From Syntrophales bacterium (GTDB lineage Bacteria; Desulfobacterota; Syntrophia; Syntrophales; UBA2210): DNA of 64,000 nt. Shown here one piece after another: positions 8,901-18,504 of the stretch (positions are counted from its first letter, which is position 1; every line of letters begins with the position of its first letter). The translations under genes were made by a program, and so were the position numbers. The DNA lies in NCBI GenBank assembly GCA_023228425.1, contig JALOBE010000012.1, forward strand, positions 4,458-68,457. Reading direction: 5' to 3'. Below the pieces are notes generated by a model. It saw only the letters and a list, made by a program, of their open reading frames with translations, made no database searches and was not told where the DNA came from.

Positions 8901-10054
8901 TTCGAAAATACGAGCGCAAGCTCGTTACCCGGGGGCTCTCTCATGAAGGAGAACCGATCCTGGGCGCCATGGACGCCGAACTTGTCTGGAACAGGGAGGA
9001 CGGCACGAGCACCGTCCTGGAGAAGCTGTTCCGGGAACTCGGCATCACCGCCCTGCTTTTTTCGATGCCCCGGGAACCCTGGAGGACAATCATCGACTAT
9101 CTCTGCGAAACCTCCGGCAACGCCATCTACCCGGAAGACTCCGAAACACGGACGTTTCTCCATGATATTCCCCTGGCCGGCAGCTTCAGTGATGCCGACC
9201 TGGTTCCCCTTTTGAAAGGGAGAAACTGTGCCATCGTCCCCGGCTGGGGCATCGTCACCACGGGTACCGTCAGCCCGGAACAGGCCTTCGTGACGTTCAG
9301 TTCCGTCTGTTTCGCCTGCTTCGTTACATTCTTTTCTGAAATGCTCTCCATGCGGCGTCGCGGAAGGCTGACGAAGAAAGCCCTGAGGGCACTGAACTCA
9401 GTCGCGGGTATGGCCGGCGACCCCGGCCCGGTCGACGACGGTACCGAGAAGCTGGCCACGGGACCTTTCGCCACCCCACAGGACGCCTGCAGGGCGCTGG
9501 AAGAAGCCGGTCGAACCGTTGTTTCCCATGACCTCGTCGATTCCTGTTTCGGCAACCTGTCCTACCGCCTGGGTGATGTGCTCTACATAAGCCAGACAGG
9601 GAGTTCCCTCGATGAGTTGCAGGGCTGCATCGATCCCTGTCCCCTGGACGGGTCATCCTGTGCCGGGTTGACCGCATCGAGCGAACTGTCGCTCCACCTG
9701 GAGATCGTCCGATCTACGAAGATGAAGGCAATCCTCCACGGTCATCCCCGCTTCTCGGTCATTATTTCAATGGATTGCGCCGTCGATGACTGCGACTTCC
9801 GCGGAGACTGTCACCGGAGATGCCCCCGGGAGCGTTTCTTCGGCGATATTCCCATCCTTCCCGGTGAGGTGGGACGGGGGCCCTTCGGCATCGACAAGAC
9901 TGTGCCGGCGGCCCTGATACGCCATGGAGCCACCCTTGTCTACGGACATGGAACCTTCACGACGGGCATGGACGATTTTAACGAGGCTTTCCAGCGCATG
10001 CTCAGTCTGGAAGAGGAGTGCCGCGCTGAATATTTCCGGCGTCTTGACCGCTGA
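8888..10054 (+). CDS. class II aldolase/adducin-fold protein with N-terminal degenerate repeat and Cys-rich insert
   Basis: The C-terminal half has FGNLSYR, SSELSLHLEI, ILHGHPRF and LVYGHGTFTTG (class II aldolase metal/His pattern). It carries the insert DCAVDDCDFRGDCHRRC. The start overlaps the AOR stop (ATG 8888, or the ATGA arrangement at 8897). Confidence 0.6.
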   Translation: MEAMIRKYERKLVTRGLSHEGEPILGAMDAELVWNREDGTSTVLEKLFRELGITALLFSMPREPWRTIIDYLCETSGNAIYPEDSETRTFLHDIPLAGSFSDADLVPLLKGRNCAIVPGWGIVTTGTVSPEQAFVTFSSVCFACFVTFFSEMLSMRRRGRLTKKALRALNSVAGMAGDPGPVDDGTEKLATGPFATPQDACRALEEAGRTVVSHDLVDSCFGNLSYRLGDVLYISQTGSSLDELQGCIDPCPLDGSSCAGLTASSELSLHLEIVRSTKMKAILHGHPRFSVIISMDCAVDDCDFRGDCHRRCPRERFFGDIPILPGEVGRGPFGIDKTVPAALIRHGATLVYGHGTFTTGMDDFNEAFQRMLSLEEECRAEYFRRLDR

Positions 10055-10146
10055 GCCGGGCGCGGTCCCTCCCGCTCTTGCGGTAATGATCCTCTTGGTG
10101 TATGAACTGCGACAGGGCGGACACCATGAAGGAAACAACGGATACA

Positions 10147-10959
10147 ATGAAAAAAAATCTTTTTCGGCTTCTCGTGTTCGCGGCTGTTCTCCTGGTGGCG
10201 TGCGCCTGTGCCACCGTGCCCGTCACGGGGCGCAAGCAGCTCAGCCTGGTTCCCGCCACGACGATGCTCTCCATGAGCAGGCAGCAGTACGGCGCCTTTC
10301 TGCAGGAAAGCACGGTGAGTACCGATGCAGAAAAGACCGCCGTGGTACGGGAGGTGGGAGGGAACATACAACGGGCGGTTGAGCGCTATCACACGCAACG
10401 GGGAATGTCGCGGGAATTGAGCAATTATGATTGGGAATTCAACCTCATAGAAAGCGATGACATCAACGCCTGGGCAATGCCCGGCGGCAAGATAGCCGTG
10501 TACACGGGCATGCTTCCCGTTGCTGGAGATGAAAACGGACTTGCCGTTGTCATCGGCCATGAAATCGGTCATGCCGTAGCAGGTCACGGGGGGGAGCGGA
10601 TGAGCCACCTCCTGATGGTCCAGATGGGCGGCATGGCCCTGTCCGCAGCCCTTGCCGACCACCCTCGGGCGACACAGGAACTCTGGATGATGGCCTTCGG
10701 CCTCGGCGCCCAGATCGGCTTTATTCTTCCCTACAGCCGACTGCAGGAACGGGAAGCCGATCGCCTGGGACTCATTTTCATGGCCATGGCAGGCTATGAT
10801 CCGGCCCAGGCTCTCACGTTCTGGGAACGGCTATCCGCCGAAAAAAAGGGGACGGCTCCGCCGGTTTTCTTGAGCACCCATCCGACAGACGAACAGCGCG
10901 TACGAACCATCAGATCACTTCTGCCCGAGGCCCGCCGTTACTACGAAGAACGCCGCTGA
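10147..10959 (+). CDS. M48-family Zn-metalloprotease lipoprotein (LoiP/YcaL-like)
   Basis: Signal peptide plus lipobox MKKNLFRLLVFAAVLLVAC, and HEIGHAVAGH. Alternative starts at 10102 and 10126. Confidence 0.8.
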   Translation: MKKNLFRLLVFAAVLLVACACATVPVTGRKQLSLVPATTMLSMSRQQYGAFLQESTVSTDAEKTAVVREVGGNIQRAVERYHTQRGMSRELSNYDWEFNLIESDDINAWAMPGGKIAVYTGMLPVAGDENGLAVVIGHEIGHAVAGHGGERMSHLLMVQMGGMALSAALADHPRATQELWMMAFGLGAQIGFILPYSRLQEREADRLGLIFMAMAGYDPAQALTFWERLSAEKKGTAPPVFLSTHPTDEQRVRTIRSLLPEARRYYEERR

Positions 10960-10989
10960 CCGGTGCAGGGCCGCCCTCCCCCGCGCCTC

Positions 10990-11313
10990 TTAGAACAGAT
11001 AGTCTTCCCGGACCGGGGAAAAGACTTCGACCACAACGGAGTCTTCCATGACTTCAGCGGCATGTTCACAGTCTGCCGTGATGCACCAGCTATCCCCCGG
11101 TTCGGCGTCGAAAATCCCATCCTCGAGTATAAACCGCATTCCTCCTGAAACCAGGTACCCGATCTGTTCGTACACGTGGCGATGGGACGGGATGCGGGAA
11201 CCCTTTTTCAACCTGAACTCACCCAGCAGCATCGCGTTGCCGTGAGTCATCGGTTTCAGTTCGATTCCCGGAAGCATCTCCCGGTACCCCTTCCGGCTGC
11301 CTCTGGTAAACAT
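10990..11313 (-). CDS. cupin-domain protein
   Basis: GSRIPSHRHVYEQIGYLVSGGMRF...GDSWCI...H pattern. ATG 11313 is preceded by GAGGTG; the track ORF extends to 11361 without an SD. Confidence 0.6.
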   Translation of the reverse strand: MFTRGSRKGYREMLPGIELKPMTHGNAMLLGEFRLKKGSRIPSHRHVYEQIGYLVSGGMRFILEDGIFDAEPGDSWCITADCEHAAEVMEDSVVVEVFSPVREDYLF

Positions 11314-11608
11314 AATACACCTCACTGGCGTTTCTCCGGTTGTTTGATATATCCGATGCATTCAGCTATGATGCCCACATAATTCCGGACCGGATTACCC
11401 CGTGGGCATCATTCCCATACACCATGCCCAGTGGGGGGCGCAACGTAAAATGTCCCGCCCCGGCCCCGGTGTGGAGGAGCGCAGCATCCATGGCTCTTCA
11501 TGATATTCGGTTGCCCCGTCAGGGGGAAGTCTCCGGTCACGACGGGATCACAGGCACCTCATACCGGAGCCTGCCGCCGTGTGCCGGCCTGCGGGCATTC
11601 GGCTTGTA

Positions 11609-14224
11609 ATGACGGATGATGTGGAGCGGACAGTGAACGAAGACAACCGCGACAGGGCTCCATCCTTTGCGTTTCCCCGTCGATTCACAGGCATCCTCTT
11701 CTGTCTTGTTGCCGTCCTGTCCATCGTTCTCCTGGCGCTCACCTGGGGAGCGCCGATTCTTGCCGAATCAGTGCTGATCCGCTACATGGAGCGAGCGGGG
11801 ATAGAAAACCCCGAAGTGCGGGTGGAGTCCATTTCGCCGCGGGGTATCGTCATGAGCGGGCTGAAAGCGCAGAACGGACGCATCAGCCTCGATTTTCTGG
11901 CGATCCGTTTTTCTCCCTCAGGCCTCATGAAAGGCACCGTTGACCGGATTCTGGCAAGCGGCCTCACCTGGCGGATAACGGTACGCGACGACGGTGCCGA
12001 TGCGGCTTTTCCACCCTCCGGCAAAGGTCTTCCGTCGGCGGCAGGGCCTGTGGCCCTTCCGTTCGGCTTTCTCGAAATCACTTCATCAGCGGTCGTCATC
12101 GACTTCGGGGGATGGTCCCTGAATGTACCCTTTTCAGGCCGTCTTGAATCGCGCTCCCGGGACGGAATGATGATGACCGCCCTGTGCGAACCCCTGGGAA
12201 TTCCTTTCACCATCCACGGCCGGGGCAATCTTGAAACGGGGGAGGCGCGTTTTGGAATCAGGGTCTCCAACCGGACCGGGAAAGCAGTGACCGTACCGCC
12301 GGCGGGTCAAAGCGGCCCTTCCCTGTCGGGCTTGCTGGACATCAGGGCTGACTGGCACCGGGAAGCCGGGTCGTCCGGACTGGGTACCGTCTCGGCCACC
12401 GCCCTGGTGAAAGGGCTGACACTCGATACGTCCGCTCTGCGGGTACGCCTGGACGAGGGATTCATCGCGGCCGGGTCTGACATCGATGAAAACCTGGCGC
12501 TCACAAATCTTGAAGGCGGAGTGAGCCTCGAGGGACTGCGCTTCATGGAATGGGAATTGCCCTTCCTCACCCTGACCCAGGATGGCGGCGGAACCCGCAC
12601 ACATCTTTCGGCGCGCCTTGAAAAACCTCTCCGGGCGGTGATCACCGCCGAAAGCAACCATTCACCGCCGGCGAGCCTCCTGAATAAAAAGGCTCCCATG
12701 GGAGGGCACGTTGATTGGGTCCTCGAGGGGACGATACCCGAAGAACTGGTTCTTTTCCATTCAAACGGCATGGTTTCCACAGACGGCGACATTTCCTTTC
12801 ATGCCCGGGGCGATATCCATTCGAAACCGGCTCCGTGGCCCCGGGTCGAGGTTGACATCACCACCACGGCGGTATCGAAAAACCCCCTCCGGTTGCGCAT
12901 GGGTGACAAAAGCATTCATTTCGGCCAGGCCTCCCTGGAGGGCCGGGCGACCCTGGGAGGGGACGGTCTTGAGGGTTTCTCAGCCCTTATCGGCCTTGAG
13001 GGGGGAACGTTGGACATTCCGTCGATTCCTGTCCGAATAGGAGGTATTTCGCTGCGTGTTCCCCTCGCGATGGGAGAGGAACCTCCCCAGCCCGGACACT
13101 TTACACTCGGTCAGGTCAGCTTCGCCGGGATCGACCGGCCGGGCCCGGCGGGGCAGATCGCTCTGTACGACGGGAAACTGCGCCTGGATGGTTCCTGGCT
13201 CCTTCTTTCTCCTTCCCCCCTTATTTTCAGCACCGACCTTGCCGTGGAGGGAGGAACGCTCGCGGGAAGCTTTACGGGCAGCATGGACTGGTGCGACCTG
13301 CCCGATCAAAAAGACCTGTCCCATCTGGTACCGGGACTGGGCGATGTGGACATCACGGGTCAGGTCCGTGGGGAATTCCTCCTGGACCTCCCGGACCCGC
13401 ACGTGAAGCCCCGTCTGAAATTATCGCTGAGGAACCTGAATATTCGCAGCCGTTCAAAGGATCTTACTGTGGAAGGCCTGGCCGGAACCGTGACATTCAC
13501 AAGTCTGGACCCCTTGAACACACCAGGAAACCAGGTATGTACCGTCGACAGGCTGCGCCTCGGGGCCTTTGATCTGGAACAGGGTTCCCTTGCCTTCAGG
13601 GTCGAGAACCGTGACCGTCTTTTTCTTGAGCGATCTGCCTGGAACATCCCGCAGGGCGGCTCCATCGCCCTGCGGGCGGCACGGGTCGATCTTGAAAGCA
13701 AGCGGTTAAATCTGGAGGTTCTGCTTGAAGACATCGACATCATAGCCCTGCTCTCCCGACTGACGGAGGGAAAGGTTGCCGGAAGCGGCCTGATCTACGG
13801 AAGGCTTCCCCTGACCTATGAAAGGGGACGGCTCACATTCGAGCGGGGGTATGTTTATTCCGTACCCGGCACGGGGCGGGTGGGTATCCACGATGAGCAG
13901 TGGCTGCGGACAATCATGTTCCACATCAATGAGGCCATGGCCGGTCACCCCCATCTTTCCCTGGTTGCCCGGCGCATGGAAGAGGCGCTGAAGGACTTTG
14001 AGTACACCTATCTTACGATGGACCTCAAAAAGAAGGGGCAGGAAACGGCCGCGCGCATTGAGGTGCGGGGTAAAGGAATGACGGGCGATCCGCCCCAGGA
14101 AATCGGCAGTCTCGTTCTGAACGTAAATGATCTTGACGAGATTATCAACAGGGTCCTCGGTTTTACCCTGAGCAGCCGGGAATCAGTCGACCGGACACTG
14201 GAAGAATTGCTTGACTTTCGATAA
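11609..14224 (+). CDS. ydbH: YdbH-like AsmA-family large envelope protein
   Basis: About 870 aa with a single N-terminal TM (ILFCLVAVLSIVLLALTW) and a long beta-rich body. It is followed by ynbE- and ydbL-like genes exactly as in the E. coli ydbH-ynbE-ydbL operon. Alternative GTG start at 11579. Confidence 0.7.
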   Translation: MTDDVERTVNEDNRDRAPSFAFPRRFTGILFCLVAVLSIVLLALTWGAPILAESVLIRYMERAGIENPEVRVESISPRGIVMSGLKAQNGRISLDFLAIRFSPSGLMKGTVDRILASGLTWRITVRDDGADAAFPPSGKGLPSAAGPVALPFGFLEITSSAVVIDFGGWSLNVPFSGRLESRSRDGMMMTALCEPLGIPFTIHGRGNLETGEARFGIRVSNRTGKAVTVPPAGQSGPSLSGLLDIRADWHREAGSSGLGTVSATALVKGLTLDTSALRVRLDEGFIAAGSDIDENLALTNLEGGVSLEGLRFMEWELPFLTLTQDGGGTRTHLSARLEKPLRAVITAESNHSPPASLLNKKAPMGGHVDWVLEGTIPEELVLFHSNGMVSTDGDISFHARGDIHSKPAPWPRVEVDITTTAVSKNPLRLRMGDKSIHFGQASLEGRATLGGDGLEGFSALIGLEGGTLDIPSIPVRIGGISLRVPLAMGEEPPQPGHFTLGQVSFAGIDRPGPAGQIALYDGKLRLDGSWLLLSPSPLIFSTDLAVEGGTLAGSFTGSMDWCDLPDQKDLSHLVPGLGDVDITGQVRGEFLLDLPDPHVKPRLKLSLRNLNIRSRSKDLTVEGLAGTVTFTSLDPLNTPGNQVCTVDRLRLGAFDLEQGSLAFRVENRDRLFLERSAWNIPQGGSIALRAARVDLESKRLNLEVLLEDIDIIALLSRLTEGKVAGSGLIYGRLPLTYERGRLTFERGYVYSVPGTGRVGIHDEQWLRTIMFHINEAMAGHPHLSLVARRMEEALKDFEYTYLTMDLKKKGQETAARIEVRGKGMTGDPPQEIGSLVLNVNDLDEIINRVLGFTLSSRESVDRTLEELLDFR

Positions 14225-14294
14225 AAGGGCGAAATAATGAAGCCTGACCAGGTTGGGCAGACCAACATCAACCACCTTCACTACAGGAGAGGCA

Positions 14295-14522
14295 ATGAGG
14301 ATAATCCCGGCACTGCTGATAGCGGCAATGGCCTTGGCGCCATTGGCCTGCACGAGGCATCACGTAACGGCTGACACCACCCACCGCGTTGAAATCGCCC
14401 CTATTTTTGTCACCGTGGACATTAATCTCAAGGTGCAGCGGGCCCTTGATGAAGCCCTCAGTTTTCAGGGCGGACTGGATGATATTTTTACCCGGGAAGA
14501 ACTTGAAATGCTGAAACAATGA
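14295..14522 (+). CDS. ynbE: YnbE-like small lipoprotein
   Basis: MRIIPALLIAAMALAPLAC... signal plus Cys, about 75 aa, AGGAGAGG SD, positioned between ydbH and ydbL. Confidence 0.65.
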   Translation: MRIIPALLIAAMALAPLACTRHHVTADTTHRVEIAPIFVTVDINLKVQRALDEALSFQGGLDDIFTREELEMLKQ

Positions 14523-14551
14523 CAATTGTTTAACGTTAAGACACGAAAGGT

Positions 14552-14956
14552 ATGTCCCGAATGAAAAGAATTGTGCTTCTCACCCTGTTGTTTGTCTTGG
14601 CCCTCATGGTATCCCTGGTGCCGGCCCCGCAGGCCCAAAACAGGGACAGCATCGTCAATTCCATGAAAGGTAGATACCCCGCGTTGCTGGAGGCCAAAAA
14701 CAATGGTTTTATCGGTGAGGCCTGGAACGGTCTCGTCGGCGTGGTCAACCCCGCTGCCCCGGCCGGCGCAAAGGCCGCCGCCGAGGGAGAAAACAGTGAC
14801 CGCGTAGCTCTCTTCCGCATCATTGCCGCGGAGACATCGACTCCGCTCGAGGAAGTAGCCCTGCAGAATCGCATACGGATGTACCGCCTGGCCGAAGACA
14901 ACCACTTTCTGCAGGATCAGAACCGCCAGTGGGTGCAAAAGAAAGACCTCAAATAG
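14552..14956 (+). CDS. ydbL: YdbL-like (DUF1318) periplasmic protein
   Basis: Signal peptide, then SIVNSMKGRYPALLEAKNNGFIGE...ENSDRVALFRIIA typical of DUF1318. Confidence 0.7.
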   Translation: MSRMKRIVLLTLLFVLALMVSLVPAPQAQNRDSIVNSMKGRYPALLEAKNNGFIGEAWNGLVGVVNPAAPAGAKAAAEGENSDRVALFRIIAAETSTPLEEVALQNRIRMYRLAEDNHFLQDQNRQWVQKKDLK

Positions 14957-15306
14957 GCCCGGCCGTTTAGCCTCTCAAATCACCGGCCCGAAAAGGCTTG
15001 CGGCCTGAGCTTGTCCGGGGACGCCTCCGGAAGGACTTTCCCTGCGAAAAGCATTTTTCTCCTCTTCCCCCGGAGACCGGAAGGCTCTCTTCGGATTCCC
15101 GAAGGCGGGAACCCCGTTCTCCCGATAGAGACGCGGCATCTTCCCGACTCCTGCTTGTTCACCCCCTGTCCGGTCACCTTGTACTCCGCCGTCGGCCCGG
15201 TTGAAATATCCATTTTCGGCATTTTAATTGACAAACATCCGGGACAAGGGTTAGGAATCCACGCTATGACACGGTATGAAAAACCGACAGAGAGATGGGA
15301 CGCGTA

Positions 15307-16617
15307 ATGAGAATCGCCCTGGCAACCCTGGGCTGCAAGGTCAATCACTATGAATCGGCGGGAATAGCCGAAAAACTGTCAGGATCAGGCCACGAAATCG
15401 TTCCCTTTACGGGTCAGGCGGACATCTACATCGTCAATACCTGTTCGGTGACACAGAAAACGGATTACCAGTCGCGGCAACTCGTTCGACGGGCCCACCG
15501 TCTCAATCCGTCGGCCTCTATCGTGGTGACGGGCTGTTATGCCCAGGTCGCCCCGGAAACCTTCAGGGGGCTTGACGGCGTGACCCTCGTGGCGGGAACG
15601 GCCATGAAAGACGCCCTTCCGTCGCTGCTCACGTCCGAACGATTGCCGGCGGGAACGATCGTTGTAACGGACATGAAGGACCACCAGCCTTTCTCATGTC
15701 TTCCGCTGTCGCGGATTCCAGGCCAGACCAGGGGCTACGTCAAGATTCAGGACGGTTGCAATGCCGACTGCAGCTACTGTATCATTCCCAGGGCGCGTGG
15801 CCCCAGCAGGAGCAGGAAGGAAACCGGCGTTATCGAAGAAATCAGGCGTTTTGTCGACTCGGGCTACCGGGAGATCGTTCTCACGGGCATACACCTCGGT
15901 CATTACGGTCATGACCTGGCGGAAGCGACGACCCTGGCGAGACTGGTGCGCCGCATCGAAAATGAAACATCGATTGAAAGAATCCGTCTCAGTTCAATAG
16001 AACCGAAGGATGTAACAAACGATCTTCTGGCGCTTTTTCGCCGTTCCAGCCGCCTCTGCCGGCACCTTCACATTCCCCTCCAGAGCGGTCACGACCGCAT
16101 CCTGTCACTGATGAGCCGGAACTACACTACGGCAGACTACAGGGATCTCCTTTCGAAGATTTTCGACGCTTCTCCCGAAGCGGCCGTGGGCATTGATATA
16201 ATGACAGGATTCCCCGGCGAAGGAGAGAAGGAGTTTGAGGCCACCCTCGAGTTTGTCGCATCCCTGCCTGCCGCCTATTTTCACGTATTCCCCTGGTCGT
16301 CGCGGCCGGGGACGAAAGCGGCCGGAATGGGGAGCCACCTGAAGGAATCCGTCAAGAAAGAACGCGCTCGTATTCTGCGTGAACTGGGACTGAAAAAAAG
16401 AGAGGAGTACGGGCGGCGTTTCCTGGGCAGGGAGGTTTCCGTTCTCGTGGAGAGTGGACGTCATGACGGAACAGGCCTGCTGCGAGGGTTTTCCGACACC
16501 TATATACCGGTTCTTGTGATGGATGGTACATCATCGATAATCAATACTATCGTCATGGTAACTCTGGAGTCCCAACGGGGAACCATGCTCACGGGAAGGG
16601 TGGCCCGTCATGCCTGA
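15307..16617 (+). CDS. mtaB: tRNA (t6A37) methylthiotransferase MtaB (MiaB-like radical SAM)
   Basis: IALATLGCKVNHYES, NTCSVTQKTDYQSRQLVRRA, GCNADCSYC, C-terminal TRAM-like region. Confidence 0.85.
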   Translation: MRIALATLGCKVNHYESAGIAEKLSGSGHEIVPFTGQADIYIVNTCSVTQKTDYQSRQLVRRAHRLNPSASIVVTGCYAQVAPETFRGLDGVTLVAGTAMKDALPSLLTSERLPAGTIVVTDMKDHQPFSCLPLSRIPGQTRGYVKIQDGCNADCSYCIIPRARGPSRSRKETGVIEEIRRFVDSGYREIVLTGIHLGHYGHDLAEATTLARLVRRIENETSIERIRLSSIEPKDVTNDLLALFRRSSRLCRHLHIPLQSGHDRILSLMSRNYTTADYRDLLSKIFDASPEAAVGIDIMTGFPGEGEKEFEATLEFVASLPAAYFHVFPWSSRPGTKAAGMGSHLKESVKKERARILRELGLKKREEYGRRFLGREVSVLVESGRHDGTGLLRGFSDTYIPVLVMDGTSSIINTIVMVTLESQRGTMLTGRVARHA

Positions 16618-17338
16618 AGTGCCTAAAGAGCCCCTGACCGTTCTGGAACGGTGCATCGGCTACAGGTTCAGGGACATCTCTCTCCTGAAAAGCGCTCTGA
16701 CTCACCGCTCCTATGTCAATGAGAACCAGGGCTCCGGACGTATTGATGACAATGAGCGTCAGGAATTCCTGGGCGACGCCGTGCTGCAGCTCGCAGTCAG
16801 CGAACTGCTCTACAGCCGTTTCCCAAACTTCAGCGAAGGCATGCTGACAAAGGTTCGGGCATCCCTGGTAACCGATCAGGCACTGTCACGGCTGGCTGTC
16901 TCTTACGGAATCGGTGATTTTCTTCTGCTGGGCCGGGGAGAGGAGGCCTCCGGCGGACGGGAAAAGGAATCCCTCCTGGCGAACGCCCTGGAAGCTGTTA
17001 TGGCCGCGATCTTTGGTGACGGCGGTTACGAAGCCGCTCAAAAGTTCATTAAGAAGACCTTTGAACCCCTGCTGGACGACCTGGAAAACGAGAGGCTTTA
17101 CCACGACTACAAGTCCCGCCTTCAGGAACTGTCCCACGAATTGTTTCAATCCATACCATCCTACCGGATCCGCGGAACCCGGGGACCGGACCACGACAAA
17201 ACCTTTGAGGTGGAAGTAGACATCGAGAGGACTGTCAGGGCCGCCGGCTCCGGAAAGAGCAAGAAAGAGGCCGAACAGCAGGCCGCCCGTCGGGCTCTCG
17301 ACGTTATCCTGGCGCGGAACGATGGTGAATCACCATGA
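16610..17338 (+). CDS. rnc: ribonuclease III
   Basis: NERQEFLGDAVLQL signature and C-terminal dsRBD (GSGKSKKEAEQQAA). Overlaps mtaB by 8 nt. Confidence 0.95.
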   Translation: MPEVPKEPLTVLERCIGYRFRDISLLKSALTHRSYVNENQGSGRIDDNERQEFLGDAVLQLAVSELLYSRFPNFSEGMLTKVRASLVTDQALSRLAVSYGIGDFLLLGRGEEASGGREKESLLANALEAVMAAIFGDGGYEAAQKFIKKTFEPLLDDLENERLYHDYKSRLQELSHELFQSIPSYRIRGTRGPDHDKTFEVEVDIERTVRAAGSGKSKKEAEQQAARRALDVILARNDGESP

Positions 17339-18426
17339 AACGCCTCATCATTCCAATTTTCATCATGAATCGCGGCTGTCCAAACCGGTGTATTTTCTGC
17401 AATGAGAGCATCACCGCCGGAAATTATACGCCGGACATCACCGTCGACTCCTTTACACGGACCGTGGAGGCCTGTCTTGCAACGGCAAAAGACCGCTACC
17501 AGAAAAGACAGATCGCCTTCTACGGGGGCAATTTTACCGGTCTTGGCCGGGATGAGCAGGAAGAACTGCTGGGTTTCACCCTCCCCTACATTGAAACAGG
17601 AAAGATTCATTCGTTGCGCCTGTCCACGCGGCCCGACCACCTGGATAACGGCACCCTGCGGTATCTTTTTTCCCGGCAGGTACGAACCATTGAAGTCGGC
17701 GTGCAATCTTTCGACGACGAGGTTCTTGCGCGATCGAACCGCGGCCATACCGGCGAGGACGCCCGACGGGCCGTGGGACTTCTCGCGCGGGAGGGATTTG
17801 AGACAGGTGTCCATCTGATGGCAGGTCTTCCCGGAGACACGGCGGAAGGTTTCATCCGGACCGTTGAACAAACCATTGACCTGTCTCCCCGGACGGTCCG
17901 GATCCACCCCACCATCGTCTTCCGGGATACCGCCCTGGCCCGTCTTTACGGGGAGGGTCGGTATCGGCCGCTATCGCTCGATGAGGCCGTCAATCTCTGT
18001 GCTGTCGCCCTGGCGCGCTTCACCGCCGCCCGGATTCCCGTCATCCGGATCGGTCTCCAGGTAACTGAAGAAATGCTTCAGGAAAATGCTGTCCTCGCCG
18101 GTCCCTTTCACCCCTCCCTGCGCTCGCTGGTAGACGCGACTGTCTTCAAGAATCTTGCCCTCCTGCTCCTCAACCGGGTTCCGTCGAAGGCGGGCGAGCT
18201 TCGATTCTTCCTGTCGCCGTCGGACACTTCGCGGTTTCGGGGACCGCGCAACAGCACCGTTGATTATCTCAATCATCACCTGGGAAGGTCCCGTCTGTCG
18301 ATTCTCGAGGACAACCACCTTGCCCCGGGCAGTCTGAGGCTGGTCGCCGGAACCTTCAACGAGACCCTTTCCGTCGCCTCCCGCGGTGATGAGCTTGCCG
18401 AAATGATTCAACAATCGATTTGCTGA
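17335..18426 (+). CDS. radical SAM protein (Elp3/HemN-like fold), function unknown
   Basis: FIMNRGCPNRCIFCNE (CX3CX2C). ATGA overlap with rnc. Confidence 0.8.
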   Translation: MKRLIIPIFIMNRGCPNRCIFCNESITAGNYTPDITVDSFTRTVEACLATAKDRYQKRQIAFYGGNFTGLGRDEQEELLGFTLPYIETGKIHSLRLSTRPDHLDNGTLRYLFSRQVRTIEVGVQSFDDEVLARSNRGHTGEDARRAVGLLAREGFETGVHLMAGLPGDTAEGFIRTVEQTIDLSPRTVRIHPTIVFRDTALARLYGEGRYRPLSLDEAVNLCAVALARFTAARIPVIRIGLQVTEEMLQENAVLAGPFHPSLRSLVDATVFKNLALLLLNRVPSKAGELRFFLSPSDTSRFRGPRNSTVDYLNHHLGRSRLSILEDNHLAPGSLRLVAGTFNETLSVASRGDELAEMIQQSIC

Positions 18427-18504
18427 TGTCAAAACAGGCATATTCTGATAGGACTATCAGTCGACGGGGCGCCATGAGCGCTCCGCGGGTACAGGAGGCT
18501 GTCC

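Noticed and set aside
15011-15307. 98-aa ORF filling the ydbL-mtaB spacer
   Set aside because: It has no SD, a Pro/Arg/Gly/Ser-rich product, and runs into the mtaB start. It is more likely promoter or UTR sequence. The weak TTGACA at 15228..15233 has only a poor -10.
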